DNA of 37,549 nucleotides, from positions 1 to 37,549 of IMG/VR virus record IMGVR_UViG_3300032247_000140. The stretch is one strand, 5' to 3'. Below are positions 9,201 through 18,243 of this stretch, piece by piece (positions within the stretch are counted from its first letter, which is position 1; every line of letters begins with the position of its first letter). Source of the stretch: a virus (Duplodnaviria; Caudoviricetes). The notes beneath the pieces were generated by a model. It worked only from the letters and a program-made list of their open reading frames with translations. It ran no database searches and had not been told where the DNA came from. The translations under genes and the position numbers were made by a program.

Positions 9201-12200
9201 ACGATGCTAAAACTAATACGATATATGTTGGCCCTAACGGATTGAATGAAGCAACTATCTTGCATGAGTTAGTGCATGCCGCTACTGTAAAGATAATTCA
9301 TCAGTTCTATACCGATGCATCTAAGCTAACTCCACGTGCTAGACAGGCTGTAGAGCAACTTATTGCTATCGCAGCTGAAGCTAAGAAACGTCTTGGCAGT
9401 AGATTTCCTAATGCGTTTGATAACTTGTATGAGTTTGTGTCGTACTCTCAAACCGACATAGATTTCCAAGAAGCGTTGCACAGAGAACAAGTTGGTAAGT
9501 TAGCAACTACTACTAATAAAACAGAAGAGCAATCTCAAGAACTACAGCTTCAACGCGAATCTACTAAAGGCGCAGCGCTATACGATGGATTAGTTGATAC
9601 CTTATGGAATGCTTACACAGGTACGCTTGCCTATCTATATAAAGTATTTACGCCTAACGCTAAGAATACAAAGATAGTATTGCCGACTGAGAAAACTGGC
9701 TTTGCTCGTAAGCGCACTGCGGCAGAGATTGAAGAAGGTATTGCTTTAGAAAAAGCAGCGCGGGGCGAGAGGCGGCAGACTAGAGAAATGTCAGAGGCTG
9801 AAAAGGAAGCGTTAGCGCCTGAGAAGCTATTTGATAATCCCGATGAGGAAATGGATGAAGCAAGTATTCCTCCAGCTCCACAAGATTTAGTAACGCAATA
9901 TGGTGTAAGCAACTTACAAAGAGCCATACTACGTGAGCCCGGCTACAAAGGCAACTTGCTGCTAGAGGCAGCGGAGATGTTTCAGTTAATTCTTGCTGCA
10001 CCAGAAGGCGGTATTGCACAGTTGGCGGGTAAACAAGGCATCGGCTCAGAACTTGCCGCTACTAAACCAACACCTACTCCGTCTACGCCTGCTGAAAAGA
10101 AAACCCGCGAAGGCGGTATCTACGACAAAGACCTACGTCAGAGCTACAAGCTATCTAAGTTAGAGAAGTTTGGTAGTACGGCTAAAGCGTTCTTAAAACG
10201 TATTACGACTGCGCAAGGTTGGAGAACCACTGCTAAGGAATACATTGACCGTACTTACGCTGTGCGTTATCGTGAGCGCCAGCTTAGTATGGCTGGTTTG
10301 ATTGAACGCGATCCAACTAAAGCGTTTAATAATGTTGCTGAACTGATGACGCTTGCATCAGGCACAGCGCGTAACTATCTAATTCAGTATTTAGATAAAC
10401 CAATGATGGATCTGCGTAGTTCTATTGCAGAGCTAGCTAAGTTAACTAAGAAAAACATTGAGGATGATATTCTTCCAACACTACACATGTTGGGTGAGGC
10501 ATTTGGTGAGCCAGAGAAACGCCACATGAAGTGGGTCTTGAGCGTGCCACTTAGTACAACTAAGAACCTAATGCACAACGGTAAAGCCATCAGTGCGGCG
10601 CAACGTCGTATTGATTTAGTGGGTGATCCTCGCACCGGTAAAGCTGGTATTGTTCAAAAAATAAAGTTAACTCCAGCGCAACAAAAACAAGTGCGCGCTG
10701 AATTAGAAGCATTAGCTAAAAACCATGCTGACGCTTTAGGTGACAGCCCGCGCATTAAGAACGACAAGATACGTGAACGTGCATTAACTAAACGCCAAAA
10801 GAAAAATCAGCTTGGCGTGATGGATATCAACGAGGACAGCGATACCTACAACGTGTTAGGTATTAACAAGCAAGAAGTTGATTTGCGTATGGAGCAGTTC
10901 AATGCTATGAGCGCAGAAGAGAAAGCTCTCATAAACAAGATCATGGATAACATCCGCACAATAACTGCGGAAACTGCTGAACTTAATAAGATCGGTAACT
11001 ACTGGTCATATCCAGTGTCTAACATCGTTGGTATATACGACTACCAGAACTACATGCCGTTCAAAGGTTTGGCTAAACACTCTGTCGTAGATGAGTTAAT
11101 TGACCCAGAAAGCGGTCGCACTAAGACAAGTCGCTTGCTTCAACAAGAAGAACATGCAGCACATGGACGTTTCAGTGTCTCTGACAACCCAATACTGCAG
11201 ACTATGAGCGATGCCTATCGTGCCGCTGGTCGTGCTGGACGTCGTGACTTTATGCAGGCAATCTTGAATGCGGTCAAGCCAGACAAAAAGAAAAATCCAA
11301 ATGGCACGGGAATCATTGATGGCGAAGTTGTAGAGCGCATAGAGTTCCCAGAGCGCGAAACAAAAGATCTATCTAAGTACCAAGGTAAGTCGTACATATT
11401 TGTATACGGGCCTGACGGCAGTCTTAGTATCGTTAAGATTAACGAAAAAGAAATTCTTGAGGCATTGCGCTATCAGTACCAAGAGAATGGTTTTATGCTT
11501 GACATGGCTAGCAAACTAACTAATACAGTTGGTTCGTTCCATACTAGATGGAACATTAACTTTGCGGCTAAAAACTTTGTTAGTGACACACTGCAAAATG
11601 CATGGAAGATCGGTACTGGAATAACAGGCCCGTTAAGCTCGCTCAAGTATCTAGTCGATACAGCTGGTACAACTATAGTTAAAAATGGTCTTGGCAAAGC
11701 CATGCAGGTCGCTATTCTTTATGAAAAGGGTGACGAAGTAAGTAATCGCATGCTGCGAGACTTGATTGAAAAAGACGAGTTTGTCCGTGATATGGTTGAG
11801 CTGTTAAAGATTGGCGGCAAGACTGCTTACCTACAGAGCTACTCGCTTAAATCTAGTTTGCAACAGTTAGAAAAAGAATTGACTACAAATGGCGTAGCCA
11901 AGACTCTAGAAGCAGCTGAAAAGATTGCCGATGTCTGGGGCGCTATGTTTGAATTTACTAGCCGAACCGCTGCATACCAACTGTTCAAACGTGAGTATCT
12001 GAAAAAAGAAATTGAAAAGGGTACGTCCAACGACAGAAATGGCAGGGAGATGTCTCCAGCAGAACAAGCCGCTGCTGTACGTGCCGCTGCGGATACAAAA
12101 AATTTGACCAACTTTGAAGTGGTTGGCTCAAAGTCTAAATATATGAGTGCCCTCTACATGTTTTATAGAGCATCGGCATCTAGTGCCTTGAGTACTATGG

Positions 12201-13378
12201 AAGGCACAGCGCCAGCATTTAGAAGGATGGCGTGGGCTGAGTCTCAGCTACCCGCTAATATACGCAACAACCAAGTAGCTCTAGATAACTGGAGAAAAGA
12301 ATACGCTGTACTACAACGTAATTCGCAGATCATGATCGGTGGTTTGATTGGATTTGGCTACTGTCTGTATCTCATGTCCATGATGCTGGCTCCTGATGAT
12401 GAATGGAAGCGCAACACAACTAAGTATGACAACATGGAGCAGTGGACTCGCTATGCGCGTTTCCATCTACCAGAATCGGTGTTGGGTGCTTTGGGTCTGC
12501 GTAAAGATACAGTGCTGCAAATACCATGGGGCTTCGGTCTAGGTTCGTTTGCATCTATGGGCGCACAGATAGCTGGCATGGTTCATGGGCAGACATCCTT
12601 TAAAGATGGCGCAGCAAATATTGTTGCTGGTTCACTAGCTGATGCATTCCTGCCGTTGCCAATATCTAAGATACCTTTCTCTGAGAAGCCGGGTCTAGCT
12701 GGGTTTGACACGATCATGCCGTCTATCCTGCGCCCTTATTTCGAGTATCTAGTTAATACTGACGGTGTGGGTCGCGGCATTAATAGCACCATGAATCGAC
12801 GTCTAGGCGATGCCTACACAGGTAGCGATCGTGTTCCAGAAGTTTATAAAGACGTAGCTGACTATGCGTTCCGCATATCAAATGGTGAATGGAGTTGGTC
12901 ACCCAACACACTGTATTTCTTTGCCAACAGCTATATAGATGGTATTGCCCGTTTTGGTGAGCTTGGATACTCATTAACTAAAGTTGATACTGGGGCAAAG
13001 AACTTTAATCCCAAGACTGATCTGCCATTGTTTGGTTCATTCTTTGGTGCTAAAGCCAACGTCGATGCAAAAGAATACGGGAACATGGAGTCACGTATTA
13101 AAGAACTAGACAAGCAGCTTTACACACTGGAACAAAAGTATCCAGAGCGCGTGCCTAGATTTGAGAGCCAGTATCCGTTTGCCCGTCCTGTCATAGAGAT
13201 GTATAAACAACGACAAGGCGAACTCAACAAGCTGCGCCACGAGGCGACTGTGATCCGTACAGATAGATACCTATCTCCTAAAGATAAAGAGAGCCGCCTT
13301 AAGATTGTTACGTTTGAAGAGAACTTAATCAAACATGCAATGGTGCAAGACTTTAAAGCTTATGGCATGAAGAACTAG
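6266..13378 (+). CDS. Giant internal virion polyvalent protein (zincin-like metallopeptidase domain; LPD38-like C-terminus)
   Basis: 2370 aa; ARYDAKTNTIYV...ATILHELVHAAT...YEFVS (HExxH plus downstream Glu); hydrophobic G/A-rich segments; C-terminal LQIPWGFGLG...PYFEYLVNTD resembles LPD38. Confidence 0.7.
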   Translation: MAKEKYITEEVDYDPFAKKEPQYQTEEVDFDPFAIKQEEKKKAAKVEPYVPLKTEERPQDQSVLRQVADVPLKLGAGLVTGVRMVADAMGADSGISKSLRGVEDYIADLYSAQSKQDSKEIARIMKDAEDKGVGEQVLAGVKAFSVAPVDILVNALGTSAPAIAGALLTTLAAAPAAVATAAGLGIGAIMGAGTIKGSVYDATKQVLSEKTKLSPQEIEARAVKAQEYGGENLDSILIGAGLGAFGASSGIEPVIARQLAKSITARAVATDAEKAAAQAATAAAVKASTREATEKAAERGVYKNAAITGVKEFAGEGLEGGQEQMAQNYAQRREGFDVPVYQGVVSQATMEGLAGLGMGSVGGYKEASSAQRELMREKVEKEGPDKTTKNVMTTTGLTGEKITPNATADDINTLVPATNKAGQSLTDAAPETVNAKQQADDTATKEAEKAKISLDEATTKANELIAKVDGGGKSKQSEIRQTAAGLGVKIPFGTSNADALEIIRQHIQGAQGATGSQQQSTGAGANVVTQPSANAPAGGTTAAQPSGVAATNAAAAQPAGGKAAQPASLTKTAAQQDEDLLKGLFGDDGLPSVGSARRTKAQMEMDAKLDQLGRKYGLNRSADETPKDFGARIKEAIDFEKMREGQPLSALSDQDIAKQTLREDASYIPPDLQIEAYEKARQKHNESIERDPETGELMDEELPAYKELSPDDRRVYFQEGLKRPGAGTEQEHAAAVRKLADYRSGVKEEAEPYQMKNKAGELLFNPDGTPMMAQTTLPGESQARDSYNRERDAFGRKTGLSYAFPAWNTLSQESKRAYIAINKTDTALEQDMAFRAVKRQLQAEKVETAAGEKTEAEQSRVTNRIRDIIEKSRLRKEDRLPDHVLESLFKGDIKAVLKYISEEGNGVKLKKAADFFMSGTRRTKSGTILPVFKKATIKIRDSISMGVFRSLASTLADIDGLKVNVVFDENMIYDQLARYDAKTNTIYVGPNGLNEATILHELVHAATVKIIHQFYTDASKLTPRARQAVEQLIAIAAEAKKRLGSRFPNAFDNLYEFVSYSQTDIDFQEALHREQVGKLATTTNKTEEQSQELQLQRESTKGAALYDGLVDTLWNAYTGTLAYLYKVFTPNAKNTKIVLPTEKTGFARKRTAAEIEEGIALEKAARGERRQTREMSEAEKEALAPEKLFDNPDEEMDEASIPPAPQDLVTQYGVSNLQRAILREPGYKGNLLLEAAEMFQLILAAPEGGIAQLAGKQGIGSELAATKPTPTPSTPAEKKTREGGIYDKDLRQSYKLSKLEKFGSTAKAFLKRITTAQGWRTTAKEYIDRTYAVRYRERQLSMAGLIERDPTKAFNNVAELMTLASGTARNYLIQYLDKPMMDLRSSIAELAKLTKKNIEDDILPTLHMLGEAFGEPEKRHMKWVLSVPLSTTKNLMHNGKAISAAQRRIDLVGDPRTGKAGIVQKIKLTPAQQKQVRAELEALAKNHADALGDSPRIKNDKIRERALTKRQKKNQLGVMDINEDSDTYNVLGINKQEVDLRMEQFNAMSAEEKALINKIMDNIRTITAETAELNKIGNYWSYPVSNIVGIYDYQNYMPFKGLAKHSVVDELIDPESGRTKTSRLLQQEEHAAHGRFSVSDNPILQTMSDAYRAAGRAGRRDFMQAILNAVKPDKKKNPNGTGIIDGEVVERIEFPERETKDLSKYQGKSYIFVYGPDGSLSIVKINEKEILEALRYQYQENGFMLDMASKLTNTVGSFHTRWNINFAAKNFVSDTLQNAWKIGTGITGPLSSLKYLVDTAGTTIVKNGLGKAMQVAILYEKGDEVSNRMLRDLIEKDEFVRDMVELLKIGGKTAYLQSYSLKSSLQQLEKELTTNGVAKTLEAAEKIADVWGAMFEFTSRTAAYQLFKREYLKKEIEKGTSNDRNGREMSPAEQAAAVRAAADTKNLTNFEVVGSKSKYMSALYMFYRASASSALSTMEGTAPAFRRMAWAESQLPANIRNNQVALDNWRKEYAVLQRNSQIMIGGLIGFGYCLYLMSMMLAPDDEWKRNTTKYDNMEQWTRYARFHLPESVLGALGLRKDTVLQIPWGFGLGSFASMGAQIAGMVHGQTSFKDGAANIVAGSLADAFLPLPISKIPFSEKPGLAGFDTIMPSILRPYFEYLVNTDGVGRGINSTMNRRLGDAYTGSDRVPEVYKDVADYAFRISNGEWSWSPNTLYFFANSYIDGIARFGELGYSLTKVDTGAKNFNPKTDLPLFGSFFGAKANVDAKEYGNMESRIKELDKQLYTLEQKYPERVPRFESQYPFARPVIEMYKQRQGELNKLRHEATVIRTDRYLSPKDKESRLKIVTFEENLIKHAMVQDFKAYGMKN
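6278..6367 (+). repeat. Tandem peptide repeat Y(I/Q)TEEVD(Y/F)DPFA at the N-terminus of the giant protein
   Basis: KYITEEVDYDPFA and QYQTEEVDFDPFA in the translation. Confidence 0.85.
7800..7973 (+). CDS. Putative nested out-of-frame gene, 57 aa, amphipathic helical protein
   Basis: SD AAGGAG at 7788-7793, GTG at 7800, TAA at 7971-7973: MLQDLNNSQLEQALTWLHSPVQTPPPEELQQLNQVEWLLLTQLLHNLLEEKLHSPLH. It coincides with the low-complexity linker of the 2370-aa protein. Confidence 0.55.
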   Translation: MLQDLNNSQLEQALTWLHSPVQTPPPEELQQLNQVEWLLLTQLLHNLLEEKLHSPLH

Positions 13379-13581
13379 CCAACGCGCCAGACCCGTACAC
13401 CTACGTGTGAGTCTTTGACTGTAACGTATGACTTAACACGGACTTTGGCGCGTTTGCTTCCGCTGTCAACTGCATAGATCATCTCTGCAAAGCGCAGAGT
13501 AGGGATGAAGAAGCTGTCACCTATCTCCATCCCTTGAAACGGAAAGATCCACTCAGGTTCTTTAAGTTCACTCGGTATCAT
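13375..13581 (-). CDS. Small conserved phage protein, probably DNA-binding (FPF..MEIGDSFFIP...GVRVWR family)
   Basis: Probable ATG at 13581 overlaps the end of the primase gene; motifs WIFPFQGMEIGDSFFIP and VGVRVWRV. Confidence 0.7.
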   Translation of the reverse strand: MIPSELKEPEWIFPFQGMEIGDSFFIPTLRFAEMIYAVDSGSKRAKVRVKSYVTVKDSHVGVRVWRVG

Positions 13582-16426
13582 GGAAGAAACCATCAGGCAA
13601 CTGGGTCTTGAACCAATACAGATTAGTTGGGTCAATATGGATGGCGCTCTTCCAACCTGTAGTCAGTCGTCCCTTCTTGTCTTCAATCAACGAACCGTTC
13701 TCCCGCATCTCAAACTCAAATTCACGGCTGCTAATCTGGCACTCTGCCAAATACTTCTTGAGTGCAGTCTTAGATACCTGCAGTAGATTCTCATCGCTAG
13801 ACATACGTGCAACGATCTGGTTCGTAGGTTCTTTGGTGACCTTACCCTCCTTAATAACCAGCAGGCTGTTGGTGTTCTTGTGCAGGAAGTCAGACAGTAC
13901 AGATGGATAGTCAGTGCGGTTGACTTTAACTACCTTATCACGGATAGTGATCATCTCGCGCACAGTCTCGTGGTAAACACGAGATACATCTAAATTGATG
14001 ATGTTGGCGTTGTGCGCCATCGTGCCAGACATACAAGCCGCAGACATTAAGTTTTGGTAGAAACGATACGTGCCGTCATCGCCAAAGTCTTTAGTGAATT
14101 TCTCATCCCACATCAGCAGGTTGTCTTCTATATAACTGTCCCCGAGACGCAAGCCTTCTTGGATGATCATCGGGCCGACGTGTCCATAGTTATAGTTAAA
14201 TGGGTTGAAGATGCGTTTACCCAGCGCTGCGCCACCTTCAGCTGCTAGCATAGGCGGTTTGTGGATTAAGAATTCAATCAAACGTGCGGCTTCACCGTCA
14301 GGCGTAGCCTTGATCAACTCAAACTTATTGTAGGCTGACTGGTTAGTAGTCATGATGCCGACCATAGAAGCGGACATCTCATGCTCACGTTCTGCATTAA
14401 TTGATCCTTGCATCCTAATCTTGGCTTTACCATGAGAGATCTTATGCACTAACTGAGACAGAATCTTGGAGTCCTTGTTTGAGATTTCGTCAACGCCAAG
14501 CGGGATGTTGTGCAGTCCAAGGAAGCGACCGACCATACCGTTGTCTGTTGCTTCAAACACGCTAAGGTCTTTCGGATTACCCCACATACTTAACGCTGCA
14601 TACATAGCACCTGTCTTGGCACTACCAGACTTACCCAACAAACAGACAGTCACACCAGAAGTGGTCGTATATGTCATGTAAGGCGACGCCATACCGCAAA
14701 GCATGGTGAACGCGTGCATCTCAAACCCCGGATTGTTTAGATGATCTGCTGACTCACGCCACTTCTCGTATGTGCCACGTGGTATCAAGTGCTTGGTCAG
14801 TCCGCGCACAAAGGGTGAAGCTGGGGCATCAATGATTTCTCCGTTGTATAAAACTTCGCGTTTACCAATAACAAAGCTACGAGTAGGCCAAGCAATCTCG
14901 TCAGCAGGCTCTTCAGTCCAGCCCATCTGCATGCGCATCATCTCAGCCTTGTCGTTGAGTTGCATGTACTGACCCCATTTAATTACATAGTTCATAAGGT
15001 GCGGTAGTTTCTCAGTTGAAGCAAACACGCCATTTGATGACATGAGTGCCTTAAAGTTTTCTTGGGCGTACACCTGTTTCATGGGTACGAGGATTTCACG
15101 GATAGGGTCTTTGGGTAACTCTAGGCGCATCAACAGGCATTCACCATCATGCTTACTAAACATCCTGCGCACAGGAAAGAATTCATGTGGCAATACAAGG
15201 ATGGGGTCTTGCGGTACAGCTTCGCCTTTCTTGTTGTATTTGTTCGGTGGCTGGTAATAGATACCGCCATTCGCACCTTTTAAGAATGGGAATAAATAGT
15301 CGGGGAAAGCAGAAACTGTTTGGGTATCCGCCTCTTGCCGAACTGATTCCGCTTTATCTGCCTTGGGTGCGGGTTTGAATGACTTTCCCAAGACGATTGG
15401 ACTAGTGATCTTTCCTTTGTGCTGGCATCCCTCGCATCGCTTGGGATAGTTTTCATTGAACCATTCACAGGTTCTTGGAGCAGGCGCGCGATTTGCGACT
15501 TTTTCTGTTTCTTCATATGTGTATCTTGGATCAGGATTAGATAGTTCATGGATGGCAGTTGCACCATCATCACAAAACTTAGCGATTGATATGACTGCAT
15601 GCCACATCGGTTCTTCTAAATTAGCTGCGTTAATCAGCGAATACTTAACCTGTTCGCATCCTCCTTCATCATCTATACTTTTCTGCGCCAAGACTTCAAA
15701 TGATTTACCGAAGTTATCCAGCTTGAGCATTTGCTTGGTATCTTCATCCAAACCCTTAGACACTGATGCCAACACATCGTCAACCTGTTTAGGTGCGGGT
15801 GCTTGCACTTCGCCAAAGAACTCTTTCATCTCGTCCCAGTTGTAGACTGGGAACTCATCAACCATGAAAAAGGTTTCGCGCTTTGGTTCAAACTTGTGGT
15901 TGAACGTCTCAGGGCAACGCAAGATACGGGCAGCGTCTGCTGATACTGCTGGGTCAATATTCACGGTGCTGAGACACAACGCTTTGAACTTCTCTGCGTA
16001 TGGCTTCCACTCATCGCGTGGAATGTTTCTATCAAAAGGCCAGTAGGCATGGACGCCACCGCCTGAGTCAGTTACCACGGGTTCTGGTAAACCTGTCTCG
16101 TCTAAAAGTTTTTGCAGTGCTTCAAGCGCTAAGTCTTTGTCTGCATACTTTCCTGTTGGGTTATCTTCGTCATCAAACAATGCGCCTACATCAAAATCAA
16201 CAAAGAATGAGCGTTGGTAAATACAGTCTTTTGCTTGACGGCTATGTCCCTCGAATGTACCCATCGCTATGAACAAGTCATAGCCGTTGTTTTTTAGGTT
16301 TTCAATTGTGTCGATTGCCTCGTCGAGCGTCTCTGCAAAGTGATGCCGCAGTTTTTTGTTCTTAACTGAAGCGACGCAGTAGACACCCTGACTTGGTAAT
16401 GCTTTCTCGTAGAATTGTTTTAACAT
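13568..16426 (-). CDS. Primase-helicase (AEP/RepB-like primase, Cys cluster, DUF927-like region, P-loop helicase)
   Basis: FFVDFD and VVTDSGGGVHAYW...ARILRCPETFN (AEP motifs); TCEWF..RCEGC; Walker A GKSGSAKT; Walker B LGVDEI. Confidence 0.85.
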   Translation of the reverse strand: MLKQFYEKALPSQGVYCVASVKNKKLRHHFAETLDEAIDTIENLKNNGYDLFIAMGTFEGHSRQAKDCIYQRSFFVDFDVGALFDDEDNPTGKYADKDLALEALQKLLDETGLPEPVVTDSGGGVHAYWPFDRNIPRDEWKPYAEKFKALCLSTVNIDPAVSADAARILRCPETFNHKFEPKRETFFMVDEFPVYNWDEMKEFFGEVQAPAPKQVDDVLASVSKGLDEDTKQMLKLDNFGKSFEVLAQKSIDDEGGCEQVKYSLINAANLEEPMWHAVISIAKFCDDGATAIHELSNPDPRYTYEETEKVANRAPAPRTCEWFNENYPKRCEGCQHKGKITSPIVLGKSFKPAPKADKAESVRQEADTQTVSAFPDYLFPFLKGANGGIYYQPPNKYNKKGEAVPQDPILVLPHEFFPVRRMFSKHDGECLLMRLELPKDPIREILVPMKQVYAQENFKALMSSNGVFASTEKLPHLMNYVIKWGQYMQLNDKAEMMRMQMGWTEEPADEIAWPTRSFVIGKREVLYNGEIIDAPASPFVRGLTKHLIPRGTYEKWRESADHLNNPGFEMHAFTMLCGMASPYMTYTTTSGVTVCLLGKSGSAKTGAMYAALSMWGNPKDLSVFEATDNGMVGRFLGLHNIPLGVDEISNKDSKILSQLVHKISHGKAKIRMQGSINAEREHEMSASMVGIMTTNQSAYNKFELIKATPDGEAARLIEFLIHKPPMLAAEGGAALGKRIFNPFNYNYGHVGPMIIQEGLRLGDSYIEDNLLMWDEKFTKDFGDDGTYRFYQNLMSAACMSGTMAHNANIINLDVSRVYHETVREMITIRDKVVKVNRTDYPSVLSDFLHKNTNSLLVIKEGKVTKEPTNQIVARMSSDENLLQVSKTALKKYLAECQISSREFEFEMRENGSLIEDKKGRLTTGWKSAIHIDPTNLYWFKTQLPDGFFHDTE

Positions 16427-16441
16427 GTCTCGTCAGAGTTG

Positions 16442-16465
16442 AAAAGAGCGGGACGATGCCCGCTC
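16442..16465 (-). terminator. Intrinsic terminator/attenuator-like hairpin just upstream of the primase start
   Basis: Minus strand GAGCGGG-CATCGT-CCCGCTC-TTTT. Confidence 0.55.
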
Positions 16466-16479
16466 GATGAAAGAAAGGT

Positions 16480-16595
16480 GGAGGATGGAGTTGGTTTTCT
16501 GCCCCTGCCACTAGACTGCGTTGCCTAGGACACGTCTAGGGTTAAGAGCAATGTTTGGGGCGCAATGACCCGCACGAGCACAATCCCCGCCCTCC
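16480..16595 (-). ncRNA. Putative structured intergenic RNA
   Basis: Outer stem GGAGGGCGGGGATTG/CAACTCCATCCTCC with G-U pairs on the minus strand, enclosing TGCTCT/AGGGGCA and CTAGAC/GTCTAG stems. Confidence 0.4.
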
Positions 16596-16602
16596 GATTT
16601 GG

Positions 16603-16917
16603 CTAATCGAACTTCCTCCCAACCATATCTTCAAGATACGCTTTGGCTTCTTTGACAGTTTTGGCTGGCAACAAACCCTTGGCTGTATCGCTTTCAATTA
16701 AGTCGGTAAGTGTTTCCACTTTTAGTAAGTTCTTGTGACGAATAGGCTGACCACGGAACCAGCTGAACACAGTCATGCGAGATACCTCCAGCGTCTGCGC
16801 CACAAACTTAGTAGGCAAGTTTGCCTTAACACAAGCAAGGGCTAGGGCAGTACCTGCCCTATTAGGGTTTGCCTTATGTAGCTCAATCAAAAAAGCTTCA
16901 CTGTATGTCCGTGACAT
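16603..16917 (-). CDS. HTH (XRE/Cro-like) transcriptional regulator
   Basis: LPTKFVAQTLEVSRMTVFSWFRG helix-turn-helix signature. Confidence 0.75.
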   Translation of the reverse strand: MSRTYSEAFLIELHKANPNRAGTALALACVKANLPTKFVAQTLEVSRMTVFSWFRGQPIRHKNLLKVETLTDLIESDTAKGLLPAKTVKEAKAYLEDMVGRKFD

Positions 16918-16926
16918 TCCTAATCC

Positions 16927-17796
16927 TTATTTCTTAGACCACTTCTTCACAACATCAGATATTTGTTTCTCATCTGTTGGTGAAGCCTTAGTTGTTTCGC
17001 GCTTGATTGGCTCGGGCATATCCGCCTCTGCTACCTCTTCACGGACACGCTCAGGTGTTGCGACCTCTGTATCACCTGTGGTATCGCTTTGGAAGACGTT
17101 CATCTTGATAGCCGCCTCTGCAGCGGGGCTCTTAGCCTGACGCGCAATGATTGGCAAGATGTCGTCATCTACACGACCTGCGGGGCTGAACAATACCTTG
17201 GGCGTAGGTGCTTTAGTATCGAATGCCATCTTAGTAATAACCCTACCTGCAGACACATTGTGCGAAGCCAAGTGCTGAATGTAAGGACGGAAAGGCCAAC
17301 GCCCAGTATCTTCTTTACCGAAAGCAGAAGTTGCTGGAAGCACCAACTGCATCACGTCACCTGCTGGGTCTTTAGGAAGAACCACGGCTGTGCGCCAAGA
17401 CAGACGGCAAGCAGTACCCTTACCACCCTGACCAGAACCTTGTACAGATCTGGAGCATTCGTTGCATGCGGGTGCGCAAGGCGTTTTGACTTCTGGGTCT
17501 GGTGTTTCAGAGTCGGTTGACCAGCAAGTTGGGCTAATCTTTTGCCCTTCTTGGTACGCGCCCTCGTAATACATACGAGATGCTTTATGCGCCATCTTGA
17601 CGAAGATCACCTCCATATGGCGGTCTTCGATAGCACCGATTTCTTTGCCCCCCGCGTATTTGCGGAACACGCCACCCTTGATAGAGATGCGTTTGTTGCC
17701 TTGACGGGCGCCACCTGCTACGGCAAGCGTGTCGTCATCTAAGCCCTCAACTGGGACTAAATTACCACTGAACATGGTTGCGAGATCATTACTCAT
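16927..17796 (-). CDS. Putative single-stranded DNA-binding/replication protein
   Basis: KRISIKGGVFR...PTCWSTD...CNEC...GTACR..LVLPATS; acidic linker and C-terminal VVKKW; lies between helicase and primase. Confidence 0.55.
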   Translation of the reverse strand: MSNDLATMFSGNLVPVEGLDDDTLAVAGGARQGNKRISIKGGVFRKYAGGKEIGAIEDRHMEVIFVKMAHKASRMYYEGAYQEGQKISPTCWSTDSETPDPEVKTPCAPACNECSRSVQGSGQGGKGTACRLSWRTAVVLPKDPAGDVMQLVLPATSAFGKEDTGRWPFRPYIQHLASHNVSAGRVITKMAFDTKAPTPKVLFSPAGRVDDDILPIIARQAKSPAAEAAIKMNVFQSDTTGDTEVATPERVREEVAEADMPEPIKRETTKASPTDEKQISDVVKKWSKK

Positions 17797-17826
17797 TTGA
17801 GTTTCCTTTGTTACTAAATTGACTAA

Positions 17827-18243
17827 TTAAGAGGGTTTACGCACGACTATCGTGAATTCCCTCATCACATTCACACCGGGGGGCAAGCCATCAGCTTTGC
17901 GTTCGGCAATGAATTCTTTGAAGTTGGTTTGGGCAATCCTTGCCTCCAACAACTCTGGCATTTCGTTATCCATAACAAACTTCCTAAACGCTGTCCCGTC
18001 GCTGACGGTGTAACGCTCGTTAAGTTTGCGCATAACGGTGCCGTAATCTGTCTTGATGCTTTTGGCATTCGACTCGTTGCAGTGCGCCATGAAGGTCTGA
18101 GACAAGACATCCAACTCGGCTTTGAGTTCTTTGTCCTTCACTAACCATTCGGCTTCCATTCTTTCACGCTCATTTCTAATTGTCAAGTATACCTTGACTA
18201 ATTCATCCAATTTTGTATCGACAATTTCTTCTACTTCGCTCAT
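17827..18243 (-). CDS. Conserved phage replication-module protein
   Basis: Coiled-coil N-terminus, SIKTDYGT and LPPGVN motifs; ATGA-coupled to the helicase. Confidence 0.6.
   Translation of the reverse strand: MSEVEEIVDTKLDELVKVYLTIRNERERMEAEWLVKDKELKAELDVLSQTFMAHCNESNAKSIKTDYGTVMRKLNERYTVSDGTAFRKFVMDNEMPELLEARIAQTNFKEFIAERKADGLPPGVNVMREFTIVVRKPS

Noticed and set aside
6266-13378. Giant protein as an N4- or crAss-like virion RNA polymerase
   Set aside because: I found no DxDGD or T7-type polymerase motifs; the HExxH and LPD38-like features fit a polyvalent protein better.
16405-16440. CTGACGA on the minus strand as a hammerhead ribozyme core
   Set aside because: No stem II closing onto a GAAA and no convincing stems I/III.
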